From the NCBI GenBank assembly GCA_015680685.1, contig MNCI01002465.1, positions 909,753 through 973,752 of the forward strand: a stretch of DNA of 64,000 nt. The letters are read 5' to 3'. The DNA comes from Gnetum montanum (Eukaryota; Plantae; Gnetophyta). Below the pieces are notes generated by a model. The model was given only the letters and a program-made list of their open reading frames with translations, did not search any database and was not told the origin of the DNA. Below, piece by piece: positions 29,050 to 42,899 of the stretch. The stretch's first letter is position 1. Each line of letters starts with the position of its first letter. The translations under genes and the position numbers were made by a program.

Positions 29050-29115
29050 TAGTAGAATCAAACCTATAACTTACGGTTACAAGGCCAAGGCCTGTACCAT
29101 GAGGCTAACACCTCA
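29050..29115 (-). pseudogene. Decayed tRNA-like sequence (tRNA-Thr(TGT)-like / SINE head)
   Basis: Minus strand TAGCCTCATGGTA (A box) ... CTTGTAA (anticodon-loop-like) ... GGTTTGATTC (B box). Confidence 0.45.
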
Positions 29116-32100
29116 TTTTTAGGCACATGTTATTTTGACCCTAAGTTTCATTGTCATATAATAAGACTAATATTATATGTGTAGTAAAAAAATGTTTTCA
29201 AAGATCCTAGGCCCAAATATGTTCATCCTTATACTTATTTTATGTCATAGAGAAAGTACACATACCATTGGATACTCTAAATAAAATATAATATTTCCAT
29301 GTATATATAGATGTGAAATCAATGACCAACTAAATGTAGGATGTACCAATTTTAATTCTTTTTTATTGTAAATAAGAATTAGCTTACTTAATTTAAGCAC
29401 TATATCACAATTTTTGTCTTATTCATATTAACTATTCATCCTTGTATATACACAATGTTTGCAAACACTTCTAGCATATAGATTAGTTGAGTTTTTAATT
29501 TGTAGGATATCTAGGCACCCAAAGATATGGAAGGGCACCTGATAAAGTCAAAATTTATCATATTGTGACATCATATCAATGATGTCATGACTCATGCTAC
29601 TTCATCATTGATATGATGTCTTAGGATGTGTGCACCCCTATAAATATGATACTTGGGCATGCAATGCAACAACACTAGTAACAAAAATATTATAGTTTGA
29701 TTTCTTAGACTTAGACTTAGCTATAGAGAGTGAATGCCTGCAGTGTGATGTGTAATAGTTGAATTGTGTCTTTATTTGAATAAGTTGTACTTAAGCACAA
29801 GTTGTAATGGCAATAAATATCAAGACTATTTTCCATCATTGAAACATTACCTTAGTTTCTTTTGTTTACTTAGCATAATTTTTACTATTTTACTAGCTTA
29901 ACACTTTACTTTCTCAAGAACTTTATTTCTACTTGTCAATATTAAGTAGTATGGACATGACTAATTTCAGGCACTAAGTGTGATCATTTGATAACCCCAC
30001 TAGTCGTATCGCTTGGTTTCCCTAGTAGCATAATACTAGTAATCCTAGTGATGGTTACATGAGCCCAAGATGTGTCTGATAAATCAAAAATGATTATCCA
30101 TTGCAATAGGCTAAAATAGGTTTATGCTTTCTTCGTTAGCTAGACTTAGATATTTTTCACCATGTGTACACGTAGGAGCATTCATGGCCAAAACAACATC
30201 ATTTATCATATTCCTCATTGTGAGTTAAATAATATGTTTAGTTTTTACTAACTCAAAGTGAGAAGACAATTATCACAAAATTCAACTCAATTACTAGCAT
30301 AACTACATTGAGCATCTACGGATTACGATTGGGTCACATGTGAACACTTGTGTCAATGTGTGTTGAGTTTGATTTTAAAAAGTTCATTATATCATGAAGT
30401 CTAATGTCAATCTCTTAATCATTAAAAAAAATTTAATACACATGCTTAAGTAAGCTTCACACTAATAACATGGAGTCAACTAAAGATAAACTATCACCTA
30501 CCAAAAAGATGAAAAGGGACAATGATAGAACTAATGATGATGAAGACTAGAGTATGCCCATATAAAAAATAATCTCATACATCCACAATGATCTCTACTA
30601 TCTTGATTTCATGTTCATCTTTCATCAAGATGGGATGTTAATGTGGAGAGACCTACAGGTTCTGCCTCTAGAGAATTTAAAAATCACAATGCTTCAAATA
30701 GCATTAAAGGAGATGAATCTAAGTGATATGCAAGAAGGGTACCATGTGACCAAACACATGATAAGATCGTATCAACCCATAAAGGCACAAGTGCAGAGAG
30801 ATGCTCTTGTGGAGACTAAGCATGTGCATAAGAAACGAAAGTAGATCAACTCTTCTATTGTCTTGGAAGAACTAGATGAAGATGTATTTTTAGTAGAAAA
30901 ACTCATGTTCATTATCAAACACCTAATTTTCATTTGGAAGAACCTTTCATAGTGAAACTACATTTAGTCTTAGCAGAGACACCCAGAAGGGAACCAACAA
31001 ACTCTAAATACAAGTAGACTCAAGGCCAATAGCTTCTACTAGATCTCAAAGGGAAGAATATCAGGGTCAAAAAAGGAGGACTAATTAACACTATTCTATG
31101 ACTTTTTCTTCATTGTCATGATCATTGGTGGACTATGATCTAAGGGAACACAAGTATAGAGATCATGATAGGGAGATACACTAGACTCATGAATGACATG
31201 ATTATCACCCAAGACATTCTAATGAGGAAGATGAAGAGCATGAGCTAGGAAGAAATAGTGATAGATGTGTAGAAAGAGAGAGGCATGAGTACCAAAGGAG
31301 GCACCACTACAATAGAGTATATGAACCCCATGAGCAATAATAATCTCTATTGGCAACTCAAAGCATGAGAAATATAAGGGAAGCTATTTACATTCCAACA
31401 AGGCCTATAAGGGATAGCCATATTAAAGGGCTAGACATGAGCAACATACCTAGATTTTGAGGGTGGATACAATGCATATTCACAACACAACCTTCAAGAA
31501 TTTCATGATGCTTGTGCCCTACAAAACATAGAAAGTGATTAGTAGAAACTCAAGTTGTTTCCTCAGACACTTTTCAAAGAGGCTAAAAGGTGGGACAGAT
31601 CATTGGAATTAGAATGAATCAAGAGATGGAGTACCATGCTTGAACTTTTTAATGGCAAATATTAAACCTACTCCTAGGTGTCAAATCTTAGGAAACAAAT
31701 CCAAGGCTAGAAGCAAGGAATCCATGAATCCCTTGATGCAGCAATGGGCAAGTACTATTCACTTCTACATAGGTGCTTGGACCATGAATTTTCCCAGAGG
31801 AAGCAACTTAGGCACATTATTGATGGACTACAAACCGAAACCAGAAACATCCTTTGAGTTTATGCCCAAGGAAGATTGTCTAAAATGATTTTCCATTGCA
31901 TTCAAAGACTCATTGACCAAGTGGCAAAAGAAGAAGATGAACTAAAGAGGAGAGAAGCAGCTAAGGAGTAGAATAAAGATCCATCTATTAGAAAGATATA
32001 TGTACAAGTGTGTGATCAGCACAAGGAGGAAATCTTAGAAGAGGTAATATAAAACAAGATATTGCCTATTCAAAAATATATTATAGATATTGCAAACAAG

Positions 32101-33059
32101 GTAAAAAAGATGTAGAATTTGGTAGATGAAAAAATTAAAATAGTTTTAAAAATTATGGAGGAAAGAACTAAGTAAGCCTTTAGCAAAGATAAAGAGAAAA
32201 AGAAGAAATAATATTTCAAATAGAAAGGAAAGGTAACCTTAGTGGCAAACTATTCATGTACAAGCTTGGATGAAGAGGAATGATGTTTTATATGCCAATA
32301 TGACCACCTCAAGAAGTGTTTCCCTATCATGGCACATTTGTAAGAAATAGGTGCCTATGTATTAAACCTAGGATTCATCAAGAATCAAATGCCAAAATAG
32401 TCATCCTATCATCAAGGTAAATATTGGAAAACATTCCAACTAGCTTACTACCATATTGGAGCTATCTGTAGCCATAGGAGTAGTATCATCAATAGTGGCA
32501 ACAACCACAACTGTGGGAAATGCCACCACCATGATAGCAGTACCCATATCGACAACCTAACCCTTATGGATACTATGTCTAACATCCAATTGTTCTAGGA
32601 AGTGTAGTCAATATTATCCACTCAAATATGACAAGAGAACATCTCAAAGGATGGATTCTGATCCACACATGCATCAACAAATGACTGGTTCATCAAGTGA
32701 ACCTCCTAACCCTTTACCACCTATGGTACCACTTGGCTTGCAAGGAGAATTGCCATCACAACCTCAGTAGAGAAAATATACAAGGGTAGTGAATGTACAA
32801 ATAGAGGATCATACTAGTAATACTAAGAGCAAATATAAGAAACATCCTTTCTTTAGGAAAAACCTGAAAAATGCTAGTACAATTGGAACTTCATCGATAC
32901 AAGTTTTTCCTATTACAGATTTCCTACCAACATCATGCTTCACCAACAATCACATCAAGAACTTAAAATTTTCATGCTAATAAACATAGTATAAAATTTG
33001 ATTAAATTAGGCACACTTCCTTGGAAAAGAATGGATGTAGAAATTCCTTTGATTTATTT

Positions 33060-33441
33060 ACAAGTAGTTAGAAATTCACCATGCAAGGCTCTCCTAGACT
33101 TAGATTCTATATTAAATCTGATATCTCAAGAAACATAGAAAGCATAGAGCCTATCATCCTTAAAGAAGGATAACATAAGGTTAGACCTTGTAGATTAATT
33201 TATCACCATTCCTTTGGAACATATAGAAGATGTGGTGACAACTATCAATGGGTGGTCCTATCTAGTAGAATTTTTGGTGATTGACATGAAGAATAATGAC
33301 AAGAAGTTTCCTATTGTAACGGGAAGAGCATGTCTTAGAAAAATAGATGCTAAGTTAGGGATGAGAGATTTATTTATAGAAATCTCTAAGGAGGACACAC
33401 AATGTGCCATACACATGCAAAGTATTCCATGCATTACTTGA
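33060..33441 (+). pseudogene. Aspartic protease remnant of element B
   Basis: ALLDLDSSINL at ~33088. DVVTTINGWSYLVEFLVIDM...FPIVTGRACL is homologous to C's 13370-13606. Confidence 0.85.
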
Positions 33442-33974
33442 AGCTATGGATTGACACTTTAAAACATCAATGCAATCCTTACATCATCTCACAACAAAAG
33501 TGAGAAACAAGTGTATGTACGAGCAGAAGCATGGATTACCAAACTAAAAGTCACCCAGTGGACAAAAAATGAGAACTTAAAATTACCTAAAACATACATG
33601 GAAACATCTAACAAACTTATTAACTCCTATCCCAATAAAATGACCCCAGTTGAGAGCTTACAAACAAGAATATTAAACTATAATCATACACTAACAACTA
33701 GGAGAACTAAAAACTTAAAATTTGAATTTAGGAATAAACAAGAGAGTATAGTTGGACCTTCTAAGATGCAAAGATCATATAGTCTAACAAAATTCATATC
33801 CTTATATGATCAGAATTCAATTACCATCAAGATTACCTAGGATAATAATCAAAACACTAAATCACTAAAGATGGTAAGTAAAAAACCTAGAGTGTATGAT
33901 CTAAGGGATCTACGATTCATTTTCCTAACACTCACCCATGAGTTCAGTAGTAGAGGAGATGTGTTATCTTAACT

Positions 33975-34260
33975 TAGGAATTAATAAGTGCTTTTTAAAT
34001 TTTTTATTTTCTAATATTTTATTTTCTAATTCTTTTTTATTTATAAGTTTTGTTATAATTTTTTCTTTTCTTAATAATTTTGCACATTCTTTGACATCTT
34101 CTCATTCTTTTATACTTTTTCATTTCTTAAATTTTTGATATTCTTTGATATTTTCTAATTCTTTGATAATCTTTCATTCTTTTTATTTTTCTAATTCTTG
34201 ATATCTTTTCTAATTTTTCATTCTTTATCTTCATTTTAGTTTTACATATTTCTATAAATT
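33975..34260. repeat. T-rich low-complexity tract of degenerate TTTTCTAATTCTTTGATA-like units inside element B
   Basis: Directly visible repeated short units. Confidence 0.7.
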
Positions 34261-36211
34261 TCCAATAAATCACATCAGATAAGACAAGATGTAGTTCCAA
34301 TAAGGTGAATATTTTTCTATATTATCAATTATCAGGGATTAATTCTCTATACAGTGAGCCACAACATCCATCTATCCATTCCAATAATAAGAGGTTCTCA
34401 CCATCACCATAATGATATTCTTCTCATAATAAAACTAAGAATAAACTTGTGATCATTATGCCTGGACCAAAGAGTGAAGAACCAAGTGTGAATGTAAAGG
34501 GTGTGACATTAAGGGGATTTTTGGATTTTCTTAGATTACTACTGTAAATTCTATCTTATAATGTATTATATCCTTGGAGATCTAATGAAAAATGAGAGTA
34601 ATAGTACAAAAAGTGCTACCTTAGAATGTCACCAAATAGACATGTTACCCATGCCTGAAGGTAGTTCTCTGGTAAGGTTAACATAGTCAAAAATAAAATC
34701 CATGCACCAAATAAATTTTTGGGGGTCTCACTAGAAAGATATGTTACCCATGCATGAAGGTAGGAAACTTCTCAGGAATCTCAAAAATAATAAAAGAAGT
34801 GCAATTAATAAACTCCTTCCTTGGATAATATGTTATGTGATAATACTCTTTGCAATAGTGGTAGTCTTATAGTTGTGAATCTAGGAAATGAAATAATGCA
34901 ATGTTACTAAAAAGTGGTCTAGACTTGGTTTAGATCTTGGAACAAAAGGCTAATGGTTACTTTAACTACCAATTACACACAAGGATTCATTATGCCTATG
35001 GTAAGACATCTCACATTCCAATTTCAGCAATTCCTTCTACAATCCATTTAACTTCACTGTATAGTTAATCATAACTTATGGTTTTATGTAATATACCATT
35101 ATTTTCCCAATATAGCGATACTAATATGTGTGTTTTTCTAAGTAGGTATGTCTTACATTCAACTCCTTGGGTGCCTAAGGACACTTTTAGGCATGGTTAT
35201 ACAAGGGCACTCAGGGCTAGAACCTGCTTTTGGGTGGATTCACTTGTATAACTTTTTTATTTCATACTTTGCAAGAAATTAGACATCATCTTGTGCCTTC
35301 CAAGATCATTCAAATATCTAATCAATACTTCCCTTACTTTCAAAAATATGCCCATGTATCTATAACCCTTCATCCATCTTATACACACTTAATAAACTTT
35401 CATAGCCTGAAATTCCTTCTTCAAGGACTTTTCAATGCCTTATTTTTGAAATTTGAGCATCATGGCTATTCTAAGACCCTTTGAAAACATATATTATCTT
35501 CCAACCATTCCACGTGACTCAATTTTTTAAACCAAAATACATTAAAAAATGAAATGTTTTGAGGTGACATCATTGATACAATGTATGAGCCCTCATATGT
35601 CATTAACTCAATGTCATATCAATGATGTTTCTACCATAAAAATAGTATGTATAGGAATGGGGAATTAGTGAAATTTTCATTTCTCTTATTTAACACAAGA
35701 CAAGTTTTTGTTGTTTATCTTTTGAGCTCTGACAAGCTAACTACCACAAGCCATAACTTTGTTTGCACAACTTCAATTTTCAAAATCTTTGAATCTTGTT
35801 CATCTTGAAGTGCTCAACCTAGTTGTTGGGGGTGACCTTAAGGAAATCTCAATAATTTGAGCAAAAAATTTTGAAAGTTTTTCTAACATTGAAAGGTAAG
35901 TCTAAGGGTAAGCAAGATGTAACATTAAGGATATTATCATGAATTAAGTAAATTCAAGCCAAATAATTTAATAAATCCTCCTAATAAACCATTCCAACTA
36001 ATTCTAAGGCATAATGAGCAAAGACATAATAAGTGTGAGAGGTCATGAACATTAAAGATGCAACATCTAAGAGGTTTCTTTTTGAAAATTTTTCTAACTT
36101 TTCAATCATAATATGATAAATAATTGATTTAACCAAGCGTATGATCAAGGTAAAATACTATTAAGAGCTAATATGAACATTCTAATAATCTCAAACCCTT
36201 GTTTATTGCAG

Positions 36212-38950
36212 ATGGCTCTAAAGAGGATATTAGAAGAAGGACCCTCAAAACAGGAAAGCAAGAGATCAAGAGGTCGAGGGAGAGGTTGCACTAGAGAAAA
36301 AAACTCCACTAGTAGAGCATGGAAAGTAGAAAGCTCAATCTTTCAGTATTCAAAAACGAATGGCTACTACCAAACACTTTTCCAAAGTGGAGGCAAAAGC
36401 ACCATAAGCATCTAAATAGGGACAGAACCTCACATTGTCACCCGAATGCCTCTAGGGCATTCAGGAAAAGTCAGTCATGTCCATAGTCATTGTGGAACTG
36501 AATTTTGATCCATTCATGAAGTTTGCTCTAGATGTTGACAAAACACAACTATAATCTTCTCCCTTGTGGCCTACAATATCAACTAGTGGTGAATGACACT
36601 TAGGTTAAACTCTTCAATTTTGGCAAAGCAAGCAAGCTAATGCTACTATAAAGATAAAAGGAGTCTCCATGTCATATTCAGTAAAGGCAATAGCCAAATC
36701 CCTCAATTTGTCAATTGAAGGGGCTAATGTGACAAAGATATCCACAAGTTCTAATACTGATGTAAAGAGATTGTGGCTACACCAAGCCTACAATAAGGAT
36801 AATAAGAAGTATAATGAGATGAATGCTAAGGAAAAATTTTATTTTAAGATTGAAACCTATCATCTATTCCCACCCATAAGGCTTAACAAGACATCAACTT
36901 ATGTGGAAAGAGAAGAAGGTGATTCAAAGAGAAATCTCAATGCTAATATTAATGGGAAATCTCAATGCTAATATTTCCCATCTTTACTTCCTCAAAATTG
37001 AAAGGGGATTCAAAGAGAAGAAGGTGAGGGAGCCAACACTACCATTCCCTTACCTAATCAGGAAGCTATGTAAACTAGCAGGCATATTGAGTTATACAAA
37101 TGATGTTTTGAGAAAAGCTCAAAATGCTTCATATGCTAAGATGTCAAAATACATGCCTCCAAAAAAGGATTAGTTAGAGAAATAAGTAGGCACTGAGGAA
37201 GCTATAGGCTCAACTCCTATTCATACTATTCAAGCTACTGGCCAACAACAACAAGTAGGACCTAATAGCCAACCACTAGCTAATTAGTAGCAATAAAAAC
37301 AATAACAACAATAATTTCCACCACTCCCACCATAGGATTATAAAAATTTAATGAGCCATATGCAACAAATTGTGGACACAATCAGTTGGGGAATAAGGAA
37401 GGGGCCAATCTCTACAAGGTCAAAGATAATGTAGTTTGATCCACTATTTCAACAAACCTTGCTAGTGGAAAAAATTTATTACAATTAGGAGGAGGGGATA
37501 ATTGGTCACAAGAAATATTAGGAAATGCTACATCATTCCAAGTGATGTTGGAAACTAGAGAAGAAGCCATAGTGGTGATCATACAACATTAGGATGTAGT
37601 AGGAGCTACTAAAGTGATCACTGATCATATGATGGAGTCCTTTAATATCCCTATTATGACACTAGCTGATATCTTTAGAGCCTCAGATATTTAAATGTTG
37701 GTTGGAACTTCAATGACTCCAACTAAACATGAAGATATATTAGATAGACTACTGTAGATGAGGCAAAGCATGCAAAATCTCTTTAATATCCCTAGTGATA
37801 TCACTACAATCCAATCTAAACTAATTATCACCAAAGGAAAGTTGGTCATGACCAAGACTAGCATGGAGCATGCTTAAAATGAAGTCTAAAAACTACAAGA
37901 AGAGCTCATAACCTTGAGAGTAGAGAGAAGAGATCCAACACAATTCATTGCTCCTAAAAAAATTGACTAGTTTATAATAGACCATGTGAGGTGCCTCATC
38001 AACTACAATATGAAGATGGAGAAAGAGAAAGAGAAGGTGGTATGGGATGCATTAGTGAGAGAAGCACAAACGTATGCACATGCCAAAACACTCACTTTCT
38101 TGTAAGAGGATAACATAGAATTAGCTATAGATAATGCTCAATTGACCAACATTAAGTAAAAAAGGAACATTCTCAAAGAAAGCATCTAGCAACTTCAAGA
38201 ACAGGTAGTTCATGTTAACTAGGACATGAGTTGCTTATCCTAGGAGAACTAAATCTTATTAATGGAAGAAGTGCATGTGATTAGATAAATATTTGCAATT
38301 GATATCAACGCATGGTAGAATGAGGCCAAAAAGCACAAATGGCTCAAAGAGCATTTTAGAGGTTAGGTGGACATGTACATGTAGATTAGTAAGAAAGAAA
38401 TCTAGATGGCCAAAGCCAAAATTAGTTTCATTTCAATGCAAAATCCTAATTGGTAGCCAATCTTGGATAGTTTAGCACATGTCCACCAAGAAAAAATAAA
38501 AAATAAAGATCTACATATTGAATATCTCATAGAGTACATGGGGTTAGTGAATCTCCACTACACTAACTAGGCCATGTTAAGAGTAGGCGGGCCCAAGAAT
38601 GAATTGAAGTAATAGGTAGCAATAATGTATGCCTTATATAAGAAATAATTTTCTAATAGGAAAGGTGTTTTAAAAAAAAATGCATGTGGAAAATTTTAAA
38701 CTTCAAATTCTGAAAGCAAGCTACCAGGGCTAGAAAGATGTTACAACTAACTCGACTCATAGAATGTTTGATTATTAAGAACTAAGTAAAATAGTCAAGG
38801 CTTTTGAAGAAGAGTGGAGGTAATTTGTAGCATGTTACATGAAATCCAATCAAATGTTCTCGCAACTACCATGCCTATGGAATGTACTGGCCCCATCACA
38901 CATCACTCAACAAGCATGGATAATGCATAATCCAAGGATTGAAGAGGAGA
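36212..38950 (+). pseudogene. Degenerate env-like / putative plant transposon protein ORF of element B, with Q/P-rich linker and coiled-coil-like C-terminal part (end approximate)
   Basis: ATG 36212 (MALKRILEEGPSKQESKRSRGRGRG). LPFPYLIRKLCKLAGI at ~37040-37090 matches the L.FP.LI..LC..AGV motif of Athila extra ORFs. Codon-like E/K/Q-rich sequence continues to ~38900. Confidence 0.7.
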
Positions 38951-39920
38951 AGCTTCAATCATTACTTAATAGATATCAATTCAAAAAGTCTAATGATAAG
39001 AGAACGTAGTTGATGGAAGAGCCACCACTGCTAGGCACATAAACTACATCAAGCGACTTCAATTTATTATTTTTCTTTATTAGAAAACTATGCCAAATTT
39101 TGTAAAGACACCACTGCAACATTCTGAGTCATGTAAATAGTTTTTTGGTCATGTGTAGTTAAATCTACCTCCCAATTTTGTAAGGGACTCATTCCTCATT
39201 TTGTTTTAACTTGAGGACGAGTTTCCAGTTAGTCATGGGGGTACGATAAAGTTAAAATTTATCATATTGTGACATCATAGAAATGATGTTGTATCAACAA
39301 TGTCATAACTCATGCGATGTCATCATTAATACAATGTCTTGGGATGTGTGCACCCCTATAAATATGACACTTAGAAACACAATCCAACAAAAACATTTTA
39401 TTTCACTTGTAATAGAACTCTTGTAGTTTGATTTCTTAGACATAGACTTAGCAATAGAGAGTGAATGCCCACTATGTGATGTGTGATAGTTGAATAGTGT
39501 CATTATTCAAACAAGTTGTACTTGGGCACATGTTGTGACAACAATAAAGATTGAGACTATTTTTCATCATTATAACATTTCCTTAGTTTCTTTTATTTAC
39601 TTAGCATAATTTACACTATGTTACTAGCTTAATACTTTACTTTCTCAAGCACTTAATTTCTACTTGTCAATATTAAGTGATATGGATATGATTGATTTCA
39701 AGTGCTAAGTATGATCATTTGGTAATCCCAATAGTATTATTGCTTGGGTCTCCCACTAGCATAATAATTTGTAATTCAAGTGATAGTGACATGAGCCTAA
39801 GGTGTGTTTGGTAAATCATGAATTGTTATCCATATCAATAGGCTAAAATAGGTTTATGCTTTCTTTGTTAGCTAGACTTAGATATTTTTTACCACGTTTA
39901 CACTTAGGAGCATTTATGGC

Positions 39921-41141
39921 TGACCAGCTAGGAAAAATTTGATGTCAAATATCTTTAATCTTTATCTTCATTTCTTTTATTGTAGGAATTGTCACCTCAT
40001 CTGTGACTAACTCGTGAGTCATATCCTATGAAGGAAAAGTTTAAAGTCAAAAGATCATCAAGACATAAAACCAACGATTAGATCTAGATTCATTCAAGAA
40101 CACCACACTTACTGTTATCACCCATAAGTAAAAACAACAATATTCATCTTAACTTCTAACATTAAGTTCAAAGATGAATACAATCAATTATAGCAAATTG
40201 AATTTTAAAAAAAAATTATGAGAAATAAAGAAGATTACAAAGGAAACATAACGTAATTTTTGACCCTACTCTATAGTCTCCGTAGTGCAATAAATTCACA
40301 ATCTTAAAACATTGTTAGCTGTTAATTGCCATAAATCATCAACACTCTTCCTTCATAATTTTTTGTATAAACAAGCATTCTAATCTAGTGTGATTCTCTC
40401 AATAGTATCCTCTCTTTATTTCTTCAATCATTTTTTTCTATTCTCTCTCTCTCTCTTACATCCCCCTCCCACCCCTTGTTGCATCTAGCTAGGGAATTTA
40501 TAAGGACTAGTTTGGCACATGAGGAGCTACCACTCATGTGTAATGGCCATAGCAATTACTACCCATATGTAACATCCACTGTAACATCCACCACCATCAC
40601 TCAGGTAGGTAACATTCACTATAACATCCATCGACATCACCCAAGAAAGCAACATTCACTATAATATCCACCCTCATCACATGGCAAAGAAATGTAGAGC
40701 TCCCACCATCCATACATAGGTAATAGCTACAAGAACATGTAGTTGTAAAAGTGGCTAAGAACTACGCCTCATTACCCATGTAGCATCCAATTGCAATGCC
40801 AATGTCCAAGTTGCAGCTCCATTACCACCATAAATCCTCAATATGAATTCTTGTTATAGTTGCAAAAATAAAAATAGACACTAGAAAACATAACACTAGT
40901 ATAGATTAAGGAATTTGATTCTTCAATTTCCACCACATGGTTACCTAACAACAAAACTTGCACCTCTAGTTTGAGTCTTTAGTACATAAAAATTAATAAT
41001 CTAATAATAATAAACTAATACTCATCTCTATAATAAACTAAAATAAATTAAAATAACTAAAATAATCATTAATTAAACACTAATTAAATAATTAACAATA
41101 TGTAATTAAAATTTAAAAACTTTCAATTTTGGGATTTAACA
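39921..41141 (-). repeat. 3' LTR of element A
   Basis: Direct repeat of 48642-49891, roughly 85% identical by eye over the first ~225 bp. Confidence 0.95.
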
Positions 41142-42899
41142 TAGCCCCTGACAAGCCGTTGGCCAGTGCTTGGCCATCAAAGTGAAAATAAAATAAAATA
41201 TTAATATATGTATAAGAAAATAGAATTATTCCAAGATATTTTCTTAGGCATTCAAAATTTAACATATTAGAAACATGTAGACATCTAACAAGTAAAAGAT
41301 TAAAACAAGCATAAATTTGTCTATTGCCTAAATGTCCAAATATTTATTTACTAATTATATCTATTGCTCTTCTGATGATAAATTTTTATTCTTGGATATG
41401 AGTTCACATATAATTCACTTAGGAAGGTCCTACTTAGGATTAATTGGACTTAACCTTGCCTCATATGGTCTACTTCATTAGGTGCAAGAATGTCTTATAT
41501 ACTCAAGGTTTAAACCTTCCCTATGATTCAAGGATCCAAGATGCATTACTTACATCTAACTCATTCCTTAACTTGATCTTAGCTTAGCTTCCAAGTTGGT
41601 TATAACCAACTATCATATCCTTTATTAATTTGTTATCCCGTCCCCCTAATTAAGCTAAGGTATGTAACATACCTAGGTTCATTAGTAAATATAAATTATT
41701 AAAAAGAGATATGATCAAATGATATACCAAAAGCAAAATTTGCCTTGGTTTTTATATATCTAGACTAAGAGGAAATCAAAGGTGATAGATGAAAAGGTAT
41801 TAGTATCCATCATTGGCTAACATAGTAGGGATCTTGACCACTAATGCCTATGAAAGACATGGTGGAAAACACAATGAAAACCCATGCACAAAAGTATCAC
41901 TAGTTAGAGAGATGACCATGCAAGAGAAAATAGAAATATAACATAACAAAAATTGAAAAAGAGGAATAATAAATAGTAAAAGCAAAAGCAAAAAGAAAAA
42001 TAACCTAATAAGTACAAAGAAACAAAAGAAAAATAACTAAATAATATACTTAAAGGAATAATTAAAAGTGAAAGTGTCTATTAAGATATTGACTATGGAG
42101 GAGTCACCCCTTTGTTGCTAGTATTATATCCTAGTTCTAAGGTAGTGGCACCTTGATTTGATTGATAATTATTGCCTATCCCATAAGAACTCTACTTACA
42201 GAAGGAGGTTCTTGTAAGATGCTTAAATTATGAGCTTAGAGCATTGCCCAACTATAAGGTTCTTGTGGGAGTGGGGCTCAGCTCATGATTGAAGGTTCTT
42301 ATGGGGTTATTTTCTTCTTACTTTTTTTTTGTTCTTTTCTCTCTTTTTCTTTTATTTTTTCTTCCTCTTTTCTTCTTTTTTTATAAGAAATTCAATATCT
42401 GACCTACTTCAACCATGAGGTTCCTGTGGGAGCCAATTTCATTTTGTAAGGATTGCTAACATGACTTGATATTGATAAATGCCTTTTGCTACTAAAGAAA
42501 CTAGGTTCAATATAACACACCCTTTCCACCTTAGTGACTCATCTAATCAGGTATTTAATAGAAACCAAACATTAATAAGCATTACCCTAAACTAAGCTAT
42601 TTAGCCACCTTAACTTATGAAATTTGTACTTAAGGAATATTTTTGAAAAACAATATAGTTGGATTTTGGGTTTAACCCCATTTATCTTAAGGTAGGAGGA
42701 GTTGTCCTTCTCCCTTGCATTCCAAACATGATCCTACCAAATTCTTTATAGTCCTAACTAACAATAGAATTTCCTATTGCCCTTTACATTTATTAAGGTA
42801 AAAGTTGTAGACTATAAATACTACTTTATAGTTTATTTTATGACATAAGATTCTTGTTGAAGGTTATTTTTAAGAGCTAAAACTTCTAATGAATTATTG

